The translations under genes and the position numbers were made by a program. 32,000 bases of DNA from Vibrio vulnificus CMCP6 (GTDB lineage Bacteria; Pseudomonadota; Gammaproteobacteria; Enterobacterales; Vibrionaceae), in assembly GCF_000039765.1 (NCBI RefSeq), contig NC_004459.3, positions 3,046,104 through 3,078,103 on the forward strand, read 5' to 3'. This document shows positions 29,791 through 32,000 of the stretch, in pieces. Numbering within the stretch: the stretch's first letter is position 1; each line of letters starts with the position of its first letter. The notes beneath the pieces are model-generated. The model saw only the letters and a list, made by a program, of their open reading frames with translations. It ran no database searches and was not told the DNA's origin.

Positions 29791-30741
29791 TTAAAAGCGA
29801 ACTAATGCCGAACCCCAGGTGAAACCGCCACCAAAGGCTTCTAGTAGTAGCGTCTGACCACGCTGAATACGCCCATCACGCACGGCCTCATCTAATGCCG
29901 TCGGTACGGTTGCCGCAGAGGTATTGCCATGACGATCAAGGGTAATTACCACTTGATCGAGCGACATAGACAGTTTTTTCGCCGTCGCTGAGATGATCCG
30001 GTAGTTCGCCTGATGTGGAACTAACCAATCCAACTCAGATTTATGCATGCCGTTCGCTTCTAGAGTATCTTTCACCAGTTTCGATAACTGAGTCACCGCT
30101 ACTTTGAATACTTCGTTACCCGCCATGTGTAACCATTTGTCGGCATCTTTGCCGCGCTCAGGTACTTCTAAGCTAAGAAGATCACCAAACTCACCATCCG
30201 CGTAGATGTGAGTAGACAGAATACCCGGCTCTTCGCTTGCTCCAACAACCACAGCACCTGCACCATCACCGAATAAGATAATGGTCGAGCGGTCCGTTGG
30301 ATCGCAAGTTTTCGATAAAGTGTCAGAACCAATAACCAGTACGTTTTTACACATACCCGTTTTAATATGTTGATCAGCAATAGAAAGTGCGTAGACAAAG
30401 CCAGAGCACGCAGCAGCTCGAGCGAATGCAGGACAACCTTTGATGCCAAGCTTTGCCTGCACCTGACATGCAGATGAAGGAAAAGTATGGCTTCCACTTG
30501 TCGTCGCGACGATGATCAGGTCAATATCATTTTTGTCGATACCTGCCATCTCAATCGCGTTTTGAGCCGCATAAAAACCCATATCAGCTACCGTTTCATT
30601 TTCAGCAGCAATACGACGCTCTTTAATACCAGTTCGGGCAACAATCCACTCATCACTTGTCTCTACCATTTTCTCTAGATCGGCATTGGTGCGGATCTGA
30701 GATGGCAGGTAGCTGCCAGTACCTAAAATTTTGCTATACAT
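29791..30741 (-). CDS. fabH: Beta-ketoacyl-ACP synthase III
   Basis: 316 aa; [45 protein letters not shown]; [12 protein letters not shown] active site; HQANYRII. Confidence 0.97.
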   Translation of the reverse strand: MYSKILGTGSYLPSQIRTNADLEKMVETSDEWIVARTGIKERRIAAENETVADMGFYAAQNAIEMAGIDKNDIDLIIVATTSGSHTFPSSACQVQAKLGIKGCPAFARAAACSGFVYALSIADQHIKTGMCKNVLVIGSDTLSKTCDPTDRSTIILFGDGAGAVVVGASEEPGILSTHIYADGEFGDLLSLEVPERGKDADKWLHMAGNEVFKVAVTQLSKLVKDTLEANGMHKSELDWLVPHQANYRIISATAKKLSMSLDQVVITLDRHGNTSAATVPTALDEAVRDGRIQRGQTLLLEAFGGGFTWGSALVRF

Positions 30742-30746
30742 GAAGA

Positions 30747-31772
30747 CTAATAATGCCTCTCGAGTAAAACCGCTTCCAAACGATCGCTTATACGGCTTGG
30801 TACTTGTCGTTTGACCTCGTGTACCGCCTCACCAATCGCATTAACTAAGGCAGATACATCAGCACTTCCATGACTTTTTATGACAATGCCGCGCAATCCT
30901 AGCAAACTTGCGCCGTTATACTGGTCGGGGTTCAGTGTTTTTAGTTCATTAAATAGCTCAGAAAACAATATTCTGGCTATCCAACCCTTTATCGACGAAG
31001 CCATCATGCTGGTTTTTATTTTTTCGATAAACAGCTGCGCAGTTCCTTCGCTGGCTTTTAGGCAGACGTTGCCAACAAATCCATCGCATACAATCACGTC
31101 TGCTGCGTTTTTTAAGATTTGGTTTCCTTCAATGTAGCCGACAAAGTGAACCGCTTGCGTTTGCGATAGCAGTTCAGCGCAACGCTTCACCAAATCATTG
31201 CCTTTCGTTTCTTCTTCACCCACGTTCAACACCGCGACTCTTGGAGCACGGTTTAAGTGCTCTTCAGCAAGCGCAGAGCCCATGACAGCAAACTGAAATA
31301 AGGTATCCGCATCACACGAAACATTGGCACCAAGATCCAACATCCAACTGCGACCACCCGTTACGGTTGGTAAAGCGGAGATCAATGCAGGTCGGTCGAT
31401 TCCCGGCAGCAATTTGAGAATAAAACGAGAAAGCGCCATGAGTGCGCCGGTGTTGCCACCACTGACGCATGCATCTGCGGTTGAGTCCGCAACAAGCTCG
31501 ATTGCGTGTCGCATTGAACTGCCTTGGCTGTTGCGCAAAGCTAAAGAAGGCTTTTCGGAATTAGAAATCATTCGATCACAATGCTGAACGCTCAGACGAG
31601 CATCAGGTTTGTAACCTAATAAGGAAAGTTGGGACGTGATCTGTTGTTGATCACCTGTAAGAATCACTTTTAGCTCTGGGAAATGAGACAGTGCCTGCAC
31701 GGCGGCAGGCACTGTGACGCGTGGACCGAAATCCCCGCCCATTGCATCAAGTGCAACGGTAATACTTTGCAA
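30747..31772 (-). CDS. plsX: Phosphate acyltransferase PlsX
   Basis: [27 protein letters not shown]; probable TTG start at 31772 with upstream AAGG, giving a 341-aa protein; the track's ATG at 31808 would overlap rpmF. Confidence 0.92.
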   Translation of the reverse strand: MQSITVALDAMGGDFGPRVTVPAAVQALSHFPELKVILTGDQQQITSQLSLLGYKPDARLSVQHCDRMISNSEKPSLALRNSQGSSMRHAIELVADSTADACVSGGNTGALMALSRFILKLLPGIDRPALISALPTVTGGRSWMLDLGANVSCDADTLFQFAVMGSALAEEHLNRAPRVAVLNVGEEETKGNDLVKRCAELLSQTQAVHFVGYIEGNQILKNAADVIVCDGFVGNVCLKASEGTAQLFIEKIKTSMMASSIKGWIARILFSELFNELKTLNPDQYNGASLLGLRGIVIKSHGSADVSALVNAIGEAVHEVKRQVPSRISDRLEAVLLERHY

Positions 31773-31782
31773 AGGGTCAACC

Positions 31783-31953
31783 TTACTTGTTGATAACCTT
31801 TTTGCCACGGTAGTAACCTTCAGCGGTTACGTTGTGACGTAGGTGAGTTTCACCTGAAGTCGCGTCTACAGATAGTGCAGCTGTAGTTAGCGCATCGTGT
31901 GAACGACGCATGCCACGCTTAGAACGTGTCTTACGGTTTTGTTGTACGGCCAT
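31783..31953 (-). CDS. rpmF: 50S ribosomal protein L32
   Basis: [56 protein letters not shown], 56 aa; below the track's length cutoff. Confidence 0.97.
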   Translation of the reverse strand: MAVQQNRKTRSKRGMRRSHDALTTAALSVDATSGETHLRHNVTAEGYYRGKKVINK

Positions 31954-31988
31954 TGACCCTACTCCTATGTTATGGTTCAGCTTAAAGC

Positions 31989-32000
31989 TTAGCGCTTTAG
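31989..32000 (-). CDS. C-terminal codons of a gene upstream of rpmF, probably yceD/DUF177
   Basis: Only ...LKR* visible; call rests on conserved yceD-rpmF-plsX order. Confidence 0.35.

Noticed and set aside
1-32000. CRISPR arrays, tRNA/rRNA genes, integrase/transposase or toxin-antitoxin, retron, CBASS or other defence modules
   Set aside because: No regularly spaced direct repeats, tRNA-like cloverleaves or matching protein families were seen; gene content is mostly conserved housekeeping.

Overview
This window looks like core chromosome of a Vibrionaceae member, most likely Vibrio. The placement rests on recognised protein families and gene order, not a database search. From left to right it contains: the 5' end of lapB, then lapA, ihfB, rpsA, cmk and sohB (all minus strand). 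Next is yciK, then a probable SOS mutagenesis cassette imuA-imuB-dnaE2 with a perfect LexA-type operator just before imuA. These are followed by cheV, mlc (ROK repressor) divergent from pykA, a patatin-like phospholipase with an unlisted 30-aa YnhF-like ORF, and a small outer-membrane-like protein. Then come a sodium:neurotransmitter-symporter-family transporter with an unlisted 31-aa MetS-like ORF, a second small outer-membrane-like protein, an ERIC-like repeat, and ptsG. The right end is the conserved block rpmF-plsX-fabH-fabD-fabG-acpP-fabF-pabC-mltG-tmk-holB-tatD-family, transcribed on the minus strand. I found no CRISPR, tRNA/rRNA, phage, transposase or clearly novel defence-like system. 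The items most worth a second look are the LexA-controlled cassette with apparently degenerate ImuA/ImuB active sites, the two small membrane ORFs missed by the ORF track, the ERIC-like element, the strongly C>G skewed and structured leader upstream of the NSS transporter, and the overlapping convergent pykA terminator.
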